24,452 nucleotides of DNA, from contig JAPDJY010000055.1 in NCBI GenBank assembly GCA_029258835.1, positions 1-24,452 of the forward strand. Direction: 5' to 3'. The notes beneath the pieces are model-generated. The model worked only from the letters and a program-made list of their open reading frames with translations, was not told where the DNA came from and searched no databases. The stretch comes from Thermoproteota archaeon. GTDB taxonomy: Archaea; Asgardarchaeota; Jordiarchaeia; Jordiarchaeales; Freyrarchaeaceae. How positions within the stretch are numbered: position 1 is the first letter of the stretch; every line of letters starts with the position of its first letter. A program made the translations under genes and the position numbers. This document shows, in pieces, positions 8,816 to 18,500 of this stretch.

Positions 8816-9818
8816 TCTTCCCCCCCATCAACTCCATCCTCAATCAACAAAAATTCCAACTTAATATCTCCTCGCTTCAACCTCCCTCTAATCCCACGCA
8901 TTAAGCCTTCAGAAACAGGAACGTACATTTATTATTACGACGAGCATCACCCAACCATACACACCTTACCACACCGTATTTTCTTCTCCCTCTATGTAAA
9001 AAACTCTCATCTTACCTTTCATCTTCATTTTTATTAAATTTTTTAGTGCCAGAGTTTTTGGATGTTAGAAAACTCTCTGTAGAACTCTTTGCAGTATTTG
9101 GTTTAGTGACGTTGGTAGGTGTTTTTTGTCTATGATAAAGCTAGGTCTGGATACGGCTGGCTATCCGCATCATGAGCAGGTTTAACTTTCTAGCGGAAGT
9201 TGAATCCTATCGGGATAAGTCGAGGTTTGCCGGTATCTGACTAGTGATTTTACAAGGCTTCTTATTACGTGTTCCATCGGCTCGGCTCCGTGACGGCTTG
9301 GCTGTACACCCCTTTATGAGGCTTTCGAGAGGTCTGTACTCGTTAAGTATTCCTTTGAAGATTAGGAGGCTGGTTGCCTCATGAATTTTTAGGATCCTGT
9401 GCGTTGAATCCCTGCTTGACTTCTTAGGACAACTTAAGTCATGGAGGACTTTGCACGTGGGGGTTTGTGCCGTGTACGAGTCGATGAATTTCAGGCTGCT
9501 TCCATGTGTTTTATTACTGGTGAGCATCGGATTCAGGTTTTTCGAACAATATTTGGAAGTTTATTAGTGCGTAGAATAGTGTCCAGAGCCCTCCTCGTCC
9601 ACATTGTCTTTGTTGGTGCATGGTCTGACGGAGACTAGGACAGACGAAGCGAGGAAAACATCTTCACTGCTTGCAGGCTTCATCCAACATGTAGGCGGCG
9701 TGCAGGTTTGTTTCGTCCAGTAAAATTCTCTAGACCCTTTAATGCAGTGGCCTGCTCATCGGTATCCGTGTCCTCTATGGGATACGCTGCCTTCCGAACT
9801 TTGAAGGTGGAATCCCAA

Positions 9819-10121
9819 TTATTCGTATAACTGTATGTATCCGCATTTCTTGCATTTAACAGCTTTGGCTGGTCTGAACGAGGGTAAAGTGATTTTTACC
9901 CAGCGGCCGTAAAGGCTCCTCTCAGGTTTGAAGCCTACGTGTGACAGGTAGCCCCGCTCCATTTCCCCGCCGCAACGCGGGCAAGTGAGGGTCACCCAGC
10001 ATGGCTGCACGGTGCCGCCAGCCGGTTGGGGGCTGCCACAGTAAGGACAGTACCTCGCCCCCTCAGGAGTTTCGCAACCACATACTTTACAGAAAGGCAA
10101 CTTACCCCCTCTGGTAACCAT
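9819..10121 (-). CDS. Small double zinc-ribbon protein
   Basis: Four CxxC pairs: FCKVCG...YCPYCG (zinc_ribbon_2-like) and CPRCGGEMERGYL...KCKKCGYIQLY. The start may be TTG 10100. Confidence 0.8.
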   Translation of the reverse strand: MVTRGGKLPFCKVCGCETPEGARYCPYCGSPQPAGGTVQPCWVTLTCPRCGGEMERGYLSHVGFKPERSLYGRWVKITLPSFRPAKAVKCKKCGYIQLYE

Positions 10122-10332
10122 TCCCTAAGCTAGGAACCGTTAAACCTGCACCTCCTCTCATAGTTATTTGGTTATTTAGAGCATATGAGAGTTTCTAAGG
10201 TTTTAAGGGAATCAGCCATAACCAGAAAACAGGAAATACTCGGAGGCTGTAGGGTGGCCGCACACTCCGCCTTTAAAGTTTACGTGAACGAGATTTCCCG
10301 TATGCGCTGCAGATAAGTGCTAAGAAGGTAGT

Positions 10333-10438
10333 TGCCGGGTGCCTAAGGCCTAAAGCCACCCGGCATCCGACACTCACACCATCCTGCCGTGAATGCTATG
10401 TATCCTTCGGCGCGGGAGACATCCATATACGCACGGCA
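10333..10438. ncRNA. Candidate structured RNA or DNA element with two long hairpins
   Basis: TGCCGGGTG/CACCCGGCA (10333-10341/10357-10365) and TGCCGTG/CACGGCA (10385-10391/10432-10438), both extendable inward. No credible ORF overlaps them. Confidence 0.35.
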
Positions 10439-11021
10439 TTTAATCATGTACTCTAAGTGGAGGAGCATTAAAAGAGCATTAAAACTTGCTAAAAGAGTGG
10501 AGATAGGCTGCAAGTTAGAGTTGAAGGCACCCCTAAAGGTGGAAAACCCACCTCAAACCTCGTAAACGGAGAAAACACCAGCTCTTCATAACGAAAAAAG
10601 GGACTACAAAGTTCACCAAGGCAGGCCGAGAAAAGCAAACGTTCACAAGGAGGAATAGCAAGTGCATAACCAGAAAAAACAGAGAACAAGTAAAATGCAA
10701 AAAACACCACTAGAGACGTAAATCCCCGCCTCCCTCCCAACCAGTCGCCCCTCTTGGAAGAGAGGAGGAAGACGTGGCCGCCGCTAACTTTGATGTGCAG
10801 CCGCTCTTGGAGCCCCTTTCACCTCATCCGATTCCCTGCGGAATACACAGCGACCCTCACATCCTCAATTTTTCTCTACTTTCCCCCATAATTTGTGGTG
10901 GAAGCACCTAGGGCTTCTAAAACATTGGTACTATGTGGAAGTTGCCAGCCGGCAAGGGAGCCTTCACCTAAACGGAGAACTTTACTGCCGGGTTGAAGCG
11001 GGGAAAAATGGAGGGGGTGGG

Positions 11022-14000
11022 TTACTTCTTCTTCCGCCAGTAAATTAGAGTTGCTGCTCCAGCTCCCGCCACTATTGCTACCGCCGCCACCACGCCGGTG
11101 TTTCCCTGGTTGGACGACGTTAGCACGAGTAGGAATAGCAGTGGAAGCAGGTTCTGAGGCTTAGACTCGTAAATCCCTGTCGAAATGTACGATATGTATG
11201 AGGGGTCATTGTCCACGTCCTCCCCGCCCCACACCGGGAAGCACGAGGCCATGAAGTAGGTTTCACCTGTGATCGTTATGTTCGCTATACTCTCCTCGGT
11301 CTCCGCCACGTACATCGCCTTGAACGCTGAAACCGGGGTCGTGGAGGAGTACGCCGTGTAATTCTGCGTACCGTTCAGCGTGTACGTTGACCCACCCATC
11401 TGGAAGTCTCCTATCGACGCGTTGCTAACCTTGAAGCTGAACTTGTTTGCCATCATGGAGTCGCTGTCAGGGTCAACCGCTCCTACGCCCTCAGCCATGA
11501 ACGTGGCGGTGTAGTTCCCCTCGACGAACCTTCCATAGTAGGCTATCGCCATGCTCCTATTCGTGAGGTCGACTTGGGCGCCGCTCCCGCCGGTCGTCAC
11601 GTTCCAGTCTCCCACCGCCTGGTCAACCTTGAGGACCCCCCTGTAGTTGTCCTGCCCAGCCTCCAGGTAGAAGTGGCCCACCAGTGACAACTCCGTCACG
11701 TCGGCGTGAGAGGGCGACTCGTCGAAGTCGTCAGGGTCGATGTAGAGGGGGATCTCCCTCATGAAGTGCCAGACACTGTGCACCCTCCTAGCATTCCCGA
11801 CCTTGAGAGGGAACAATGTTCCGTTAACACCGGTAAGCCCGACTCCAAAGTCAACTTGGGTTCCGCCGGGAACCGTGACGCTGCCATTAACCCCGTACTC
11901 ACCATTGAAGGGAAGCGTCAGGTCGACGCTGTCCGCGTTGCTTATTAAGAAGACGTGAGTTGCCTCCTCCGGGTCAGCTGCTCCCAAGAGCGGGCTAACC
12001 CCCATGTCCAAGGCTCCGTCCGCGTCCTGATCCACGTAGAGCAGTATGCCGGCGAACGCGGCCTCAACGGTGCTCCAGGACAGGCCGCCTCCCGGCAGGC
12101 TGGTCGCGTATACCTCGCGCACGTCGAAGACCAGCCACGCCCAATCAAGAACATTACTGGTAATCCACCAGTACTTCGGGTTCTTTACCAGGTCGTCTAT
12201 GGAGGCGTTAATGGTCAGGTGGCCGAGGCCGATGTATCCCAGCTTCTCAACGTTATCGTCAAGCCATATTGTGCTGTTAATCTGCTGCATTTCGGCGTCG
12301 CTGACCGGCGTCCCGTCAGTGTGCGTCCAGGTGTAGCTCCTGTTCCACTTCAAGGTAGCGGTGCAGTGGATGTATCCGACCCTAGCCACCACGGTCATCC
12401 CTGGAGGGGACGTGATAACCGTCCTGAGCAAGTTGTAAGTGATTTCGAGCTCGACGGTTCCGTTGCTGTGCATCCTAACGTAGTAGTTTGGCGTCTGCGG
12501 GTTATCGTCCAGGTCGAGTGAGCCGTCCTCGCCCACCGAGTAGCTGAACCAGTTGAACGTAGGCGTGTTGAAGGCGATCAGCCTCATAATATCGGCGTGA
12601 TCCCGAAGCTTCACGTTCCATACTGGTTGGCCGGACGCGTTCTTGAAGAACCCTGGGACAACGACGTATGGGCCGTAGAAGTCGGAGTTAGACGTGTTAA
12701 ACTTCAGCGTGAAATTCAAATGCAAGTGGTCTCCAGGGGTGGCGGAGGCGACGCTAAGCAGCTCAACCGGCAGCTCGTCCATCGGCGTGCTGCTGCCTGG
12801 CCCCGTAACCCAGAACCCTTCAGCGGCGTAGCTTCCACTGCTGATGTTGTATAATAGGTTGATGAAGAATTCTGGAGGTTCTCCTTCTACCAGCTCAAGG
12901 GAGAATGGCACCAGCATCATGCATACCCTGTCCACCTCTCCTATTTTCTCTCCGTAGATGTCCACTAGAATGCTGAACACGTCGCCAGTCCCAACCGGGA
13001 GCTCCGGGAGCTCGTACGGCTCCAACCACTCAGCCGCCGAAGGCCAGTAGGACTCCACGCGTATGTAGGGTTCACCGACTATGATCTTTGGATCCGGCGG
13101 CATGTTCAGCCACGTCAGGACGTTTCCGTACTCGTCCAGGACGTTGACCACGGTGAACCTGTACTTGCCCTCTGCCAGGTTGAGGCTGCCCACGAACGTG
13201 ACGTTGGTGTTCGAACTGGAGCACGCGTCCTCGTTCAGTGTGAAGTTGTCAGATCCCTCACGCGTCACCATGTACTCGAACTCCGAGAGCCTGACGCCCT
13301 CCTCGACGGTGAAGTTCCCCTGGTCGAACTTCAGCACTATCCATGTCCCGTTACCCTTGTCTATGCCTACCACTGCGTAGTTTATGGGCGAGGTCGTGTT
13401 CAGCACGATCTGGAACTCCTCCCCACTCGTAACGTACTTGAGCAGCTGCCCGTTACTGTCCAGGAGATGAACCGTGAAGCCGCTGACCCCCTCAAGCGTC
13501 AGCACCCTGAACGTCCTAAACATGCTATGGGGAAGCCACCCCACGGCGCCCGGCTTGACCTCTTTCCCATCGCTGTCAAAGATCTTGACGGTGCAGTAGT
13601 AGCTACCCCTCGGGGCGACGTCCGTGAAGTGGCCGGTCACATTGACCGTGTAGAAGCCGCCGCTCCTATCCTCGCTTGTCCCCGTGAAGGAGAATGGGAT
13701 TTCAGCCTCCGTCCCGTTAAAGTAGATCATGACAGCCTTCTTCTCCCATGTGCCAGTAGTGTAATTGTAGCCCGCTTTCACGCGCACCCTCGTTCCCCCA
13801 ATGCCGCCGAAGACCTCCACCCCTATGTAGCCGGCATCCAGCCCTAGCTCGCTGAACAGCTCCTCCGGGACCACGACGGAGAGGGTGTAGTCCACACCTC
13901 TCTCGACTGCGACTTCGTAGCCTCCTGCCCCAGCTCCAACCTCGCCCCCCGAGGCATCGTACACCTTGAGCACTGGGGCGGGGCCGAACTCCCAGGCGTT

Positions 14001-14192
14001 AACCTCCCAGCTTCTGCTCTCAACGGTGCTCCCGTTCAGCGTCGTCCACGTGACGTTCATCATGGGCAGGTCTTGAACGGCGTACACGGGGGCTTGAAGC
14101 TGCTGGCTGGCCGCTGCCGTGCCAGCACCAGCGGCGACCACGCTCACCACCAAGGCTGCCAGAAGAACCGCCAGCAAAGCTCTCCCGTGCAA
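11022..14192 (-). CDS. Large secreted, C-terminally membrane-anchored surface glycoprotein (S-layer-like)
   Basis: Hydrophobic signal peptide, beta-rich body, about 27 N-x-S/T sequons (manual count), a DQDADG Ca-binding-type loop, and C-terminal hydrophobic segment(s) ending WRKKK. Likely start is TTG 14192 after GGAGG (14201-14205); the ORF track starts at 14231. Confidence 0.88.
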   Translation of the reverse strand: MHGRALLAVLLAALVVSVVAAGAGTAAASQQLQAPVYAVQDLPMMNVTWTTLNGSTVESRSWEVNAWEFGPAPVLKVYDASGGEVGAGAGGYEVAVERGVDYTLSVVVPEELFSELGLDAGYIGVEVFGGIGGTRVRVKAGYNYTTGTWEKKAVMIYFNGTEAEIPFSFTGTSEDRSGGFYTVNVTGHFTDVAPRGSYYCTVKIFDSDGKEVKPGAVGWLPHSMFRTFRVLTLEGVSGFTVHLLDSNGQLLKYVTSGEEFQIVLNTTSPINYAVVGIDKGNGTWIVLKFDQGNFTVEEGVRLSEFEYMVTREGSDNFTLNEDACSSSNTNVTFVGSLNLAEGKYRFTVVNVLDEYGNVLTWLNMPPDPKIIVGEPYIRVESYWPSAAEWLEPYELPELPVGTGDVFSILVDIYGEKIGEVDRVCMMLVPFSLELVEGEPPEFFINLLYNISSGSYAAEGFWVTGPGSSTPMDELPVELLSVASATPGDHLHLNFTLKFNTSNSDFYGPYVVVPGFFKNASGQPVWNVKLRDHADIMRLIAFNTPTFNWFSYSVGEDGSLDLDDNPQTPNYYVRMHSNGTVELEITYNLLRTVITSPPGMTVVARVGYIHCTATLKWNRSYTWTHTDGTPVSDAEMQQINSTIWLDDNVEKLGYIGLGHLTINASIDDLVKNPKYWWITSNVLDWAWLVFDVREVYATSLPGGGLSWSTVEAAFAGILLYVDQDADGALDMGVSPLLGAADPEEATHVFLISNADSVDLTLPFNGEYGVNGSVTVPGGTQVDFGVGLTGVNGTLFPLKVGNARRVHSVWHFMREIPLYIDPDDFDESPSHADVTELSLVGHFYLEAGQDNYRGVLKVDQAVGDWNVTTGGSGAQVDLTNRSMAIAYYGRFVEGNYTATFMAEGVGAVDPDSDSMMANKFSFKVSNASIGDFQMGGSTYTLNGTQNYTAYSSTTPVSAFKAMYVAETEESIANITITGETYFMASCFPVWGGEDVDNDPSYISYISTGIYESKPQNLLPLLFLLVLTSSNQGNTGVVAAVAIVAGAGAATLIYWRKKK

Positions 14193-14218
14193 AAGCAGTC
14201 CCTCCACACACGAACCTA

Positions 14219-14226
14219 TTTTTAAA
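14219..14226 (-). promoter_or_regulatory. TATA box of the surface-protein gene
   Basis: TTTAAAAA on the minus strand, ~27 nt upstream of TTG 14192. Confidence 0.55.
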
Positions 14227-14429
14227 GTCACTTATGAAAGTCAAGGGATAAATATATTCTGAAATGGGCAAACTGTTAAGGGCGCCCCCTGAGAAAATTC
14301 GCCGAGGCCTCGAGGCAGCATGCAGGTGAATCTTCACATCCAAGGAAAAGCTATTATTAAAAGCTATTATTAATGGTTTACTTGCTTGATCCTGAGGAAA
14401 AAGAAATTAATGATACACACAATAAAATA

Positions 14430-15057
14430 TCACTTAAGTAGAAAGAACATGCATGATAAAATAAGATAACATAAATGGCATAAATAGTAAAGTAGTAGTG
14501 TAGTGAAAATTAGAGGCCATAGTGTCCTTCTCAGTTTGTAATACCATTCCTTTTTTATTTTCTCCTTAAGCATATGATGTCCACCTATTATTGATAATTG
14601 TTCTTCGAGTTCATGTATTCGTTCAAAAAAAAGATGTCGTCGAGTTTTCTTGTAGTGTATTCCATGAAACAAGCGATTAGTACTAGTGAGGACGCTACAA
14701 GTACGCTGATGCAAGACGAGAGGATACTGGACTTAATGCAATATAACATTGAAATTATTAGTGATGGGGGAAGCGGGTTTGCCAAAACCACATTAATAAT
14801 TTGGGTTGAATGATTAAGAGTGGTTGTGAAAATTAGAATTGAGCTAGTAATTAAAAATAGACTGAACAAGGGCGAATGTTTGGCCACGGTTTCGAACAGC
14901 TTCATTAAGTTGCCGATATTCCTCAAGGAGAGTATGTGTTTTTGCTTCACGGTCACTAATTGTTTTTTTGATAGACTAATTTCGTAAGAATTAGAGGCCA
15001 CAGCGTTCTTAAGGTGTTTCTACGGATAATGCGATTCTGATGAGATGTACGCTTCAT
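14430..15057 (-). pseudogene. Small ~3-TM membrane protein (~208 aa) broken by three homopolymer frameshifts; effector-like architecture
   Basis: From ATG 15057 (TTTAATAA box and GGGAG upstream): MKRT...LRTLWPLILTKLVYQK/TISDREAKTHTLLEEYRQLNEAVRNRGQTFALVQSI/LITSSILIF...LVLIACFMEYTTRKLDDIFF/ERIHELEEQL...RRTLWPLIFTTLLLYYL...LLK*. Shifts fall at T7 14963-14969, A5 14853-14857 and A8 14625-14632. Confidence 0.65.
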
Positions 15058-15282
15058 TTTAACACTCCCTTACTCTTTATTAAAGATTTTTAACTTAGAC
15101 ACTCATACCATTCATTAATTATTTTTTTCTCTGTTTCTAAACCTAGACTTAGCAAGACTTACATTACTGAAATTTAAGATCAGCACAATCATTTAAAACT
15201 ATTAATTGAAAACCGCTAAATTGCATAAATTTTACCCAAACTTCTAAAGATAAATACTATTAAATACCCTCACCATGATTAA

Positions 15283-15580
15283 GCTATTTTTCAGCGTCTA
15301 TTAAATAAAAACGGTTAATCTATTATTTCATCGAAAAATAGCCATCAAAGTTCTAATTCACCACCTAAGAATTAAAGATAATTCTGCTGAATGGTGGTTT
15401 TAAGCCACCTAGAAATAACAAACTTTCACCTGTCAACCCAAGTTTTCTTCAGTCCAAACAAAGATAAACAATAGGTGAAAGTATTTTTTAGATTTCTTTT
15501 TCGTGGGCATTAAACCTTGGACTGCATAGACAGCAGGTAGCCCTTGAACTCACCACTCAGGAGGATATTACCTACTTGTC
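15283..15580. ncRNA. Candidate structured ncRNA or 3' trailer downstream of the SNF2 gene
   Basis: Successive stems: GCTATTTTTC/GAAAAATAGC (15283-92/15333-42), AGAATTA/TAATTCT (15368-74/15379-85), GGTGG/CCACC (15393-15409), ACTTTCACCT/AGGTGAAAGT (15422-31/15473-82), and an imperfect GACAGCAGGTA/TACCTACTTGTC (15529-15580). Confidence 0.4.
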
Positions 15581-15582
15581 CT

Positions 15583-18500
15583 TTAATGCTTGGCTGTTAA
15601 ATTCTTTTTGATGGTTCTCCAGTCTTTTCTTTTAACTACCACTCTAAAATCTCTTACTTCCTTAATTTTAGTTAGCTTTTTAAGATTTTCATAAGGGTTT
15701 TGTATAGTAATTATATCCCGTTTTTTCTCGTTTATGACGTTCTCCACTACGTAAAGCCAATAATTATTCTTTAGCCTTCTCGCTGCAAGCCACTCATTAC
15801 TTGTCAGTTCTATATCACCGCTTTCAGCAAACGACTTGACTTCTATAAATCTTACTTCACCGTCTCCCTCGCTTAAGATATCGTAACCTCTAAACTCCTT
15901 AGACACATCGGTGGGGGTTCTACCCTGTGAAACCTCATACCTCATAACTTCCTCTATGCCTAACTGCTCTATCTTCCTTACATCAGTAGCATGCGAGGAT
16001 GAAGGAATTTCAGGCAGTACTATGGCTCCTGCTATTAATTCTGGATCCTTTCCCTCTATCAGAGTATATTTATTTTTCAGCTCCTCTCTTTTATTTTCAT
16101 ACTCTTCTTTGTACTTCTTAATGTTGGCTTTTTCTCTTCTTATCGCTATCCTCATATCCTCATGAAGGAATTTCATCCTATACTCATATTCTTTGATACG
16201 TGTACGGCTTTCCTCAATCTTGATCTTGTAAAAATTGGTGATATCCTCTCGCTTTATCTTTAATTCCCTTTTTAATTCTTTTTTCAGGTTTTTTTCAAAA
16301 TCGATCTTTAAACTTTCTACTTTTCTTTTTACTGTCTCCAAGCACTTATCTAAATGCTCTAAGAGCTCCGCTGGAATCTCTAAATTACTAATCTTAGGAT
16401 TCTTCAGGTCCCATACGATCTTTGGGTTAACTTCATATACTTCATTAGTGTTTAGGTCGTAAAATAATGTGAACAAAGCTCTCCACACAAGATCTCCTTT
16501 AATATTCCTTACAAAAGAACTAAATACAAATAGGAAACCCTTTCTTCCCCTTGGATCTATTTTAACTGTAGCCCATCCCCCGAAGGAAGGATCAGTGCAT
16601 ATGCTAAGTATCTTACTCATAACTGGAGAGTCTATCGTTACCAGTTTGGCTCCCGTCTCATCAGCCACTTTCCTGTAGAACGTTATATAATCCCCGTCCC
16701 TTAATAAGGACCGTTGTATCATATTACTTAACCTGTCTGTCAATTTAACTTTATATACATCATCTCGAACTTCCTTTAAGGTTCCTTTATGAAAAGATAT
16801 ATATTTCTTCATGAATCTTTCAACATCCAGCTCTCCGATAGCGTTTTCTTGCGATTTTTTTCTTATCTTTGAGATGAAGGCATTATCTAAGTAGTTTCTT
16901 ATTAGACATTCTTCTTCTAATTTCTCTATCAACTCTTTATTCTTATCGATTTTACTTAAAACATCCTCTATTTTTGTTTCAAACTCTTCCATCCCGGCAG
17001 ATATAACATCCATTATTAACTCATCTATTTTTATTCCAGAGAGAAGCTTGCCTATGACATCAAATACTCTTTCACCCATCTGACGCTTGATTTGCTCTAT
17101 TTTTTCAAAAAGTCTTTGAAGAACTCTGGCCTCTATGGTGTCTTCGAAAAAGTTGTAAATTACAACTTTCTTCTTTTGTCCGTACCTGTGAAGTCTACCT
17201 ATCCTTTGTTCTATTTTGTTAGGATTCCACGGCAGCTCATAGTTCACCATTATGTGGCAGTTATACTGTAAGTCTATGCCTTCTGCTGCCGCGTCTGTAG
17301 CTACCATTATTTTCACATTCTCATTTTCCCTGAAAAGTTTCATCTGCTTCTCTCGCTCCTCTACATCCATGGAACCATGAATGTAGGCAATTCGCTCGGT
17401 ACAACCACTTTCTTTAAACAGTTTTTCATCAAGTAACTGCTTAAGGTACTCCATTGTATCTCTATACTCTGTAAAGACAAGTATCTTCTCGTGAGGAGCC
17501 TCTTTATGCAATTCTTTAATAAATTCTATTAGCCTTTGCGCTTTTGTATCCGCTTTAATCTCATTAAGTAGTTCTAGTAGTTTTTCAATCTGCTTAATTT
17601 CGGAGTTTAATTCATCTTTATTAGAAGCCATAGTTATTGTCTCAATTTTTTTTATGACTTCATCCAACTTCTTCTCCTCTACATCCTCAGGATTTTCCTC
17701 ATATTCCTTTATGATGGCCCAATCATCCTCAGTAAGTTTTGGAAGTTCTTTTCCATCAAGAAGCTCTTTAAGTTTACTTAACCTGTTCTCAAGAGATTTT
17801 TTTAAGGCATATATGCTCGACCCCATCCTTTTCTGAAGGACTACCATAGCAAAACCAACGCCTCTATTTTTAGTCGCCTTAGCACGGTTAAAGTAATAGC
17901 TAACATATTTCCTTAACTCTTCGTAAATCTCTTCCTCAATCTCAGAAAGTTTTATAGATACTGTTTTAGTTTCTCTTGGTGGAAATAGCCCCTTTACATC
18001 CTCCTTTAACCGCCTTACCATAATCCGTTCCAGCTTCTTTCTATCTATATCATTCTCGGACGGGAATGAATATGGATCTACTAGCGATATGAGCTTATAG
18101 AACGCGAAGCTTTCTCCACTATGGGGAGTAGCCGTTAGCAATAGAAAAGACTTAGCTTTTCTATGCAATAATTCACCTAACCTGAAGCGCTCAGTATAGG
18201 ATACATTATTACCGTATTTATGTGCTGAGAGCTTATGTGCTTCATCTATAATTACGAGATCCCATTCTACATCTTCAAGCTGATCTCTATGATGCTGCAT
18301 CTTCGCTAAGTCGATAGATGTTATTATCTGGTCAAATTTTAACCAAGGATTATCGCCTTGAACTGAAAATCCACGCAACATTCCACTAGTATATACCTGG
18401 AATTTTTCGTTAAAGCGCTCTTCTAATTCCTTCTTCCATTTAAACTGAAGTGCCGGCGGAACCACTATGAGTATTCTTTTTACCCGTTCTCTCAGTTTAA

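Noticed and set aside
9207-9638. ORFs 9207-9527 (-) and 9441-9638 (+)
   Set aside because: No family motif recognised; likely pseudogene debris.
10489-10740. A-rich tract with plus-strand LFITKKG (tyrosine-recombinase-like) and an 83-aa hydrophobic minus ORF
   Set aside because: No R-H-R-Y catalytic motifs were found; the minus ORF's hydrophobicity follows from its T-richness.
11706-14343. Multiple overlapping ORFs within the surface-protein gene
   Set aside because: Shadow ORFs expected in GC-rich coding DNA.
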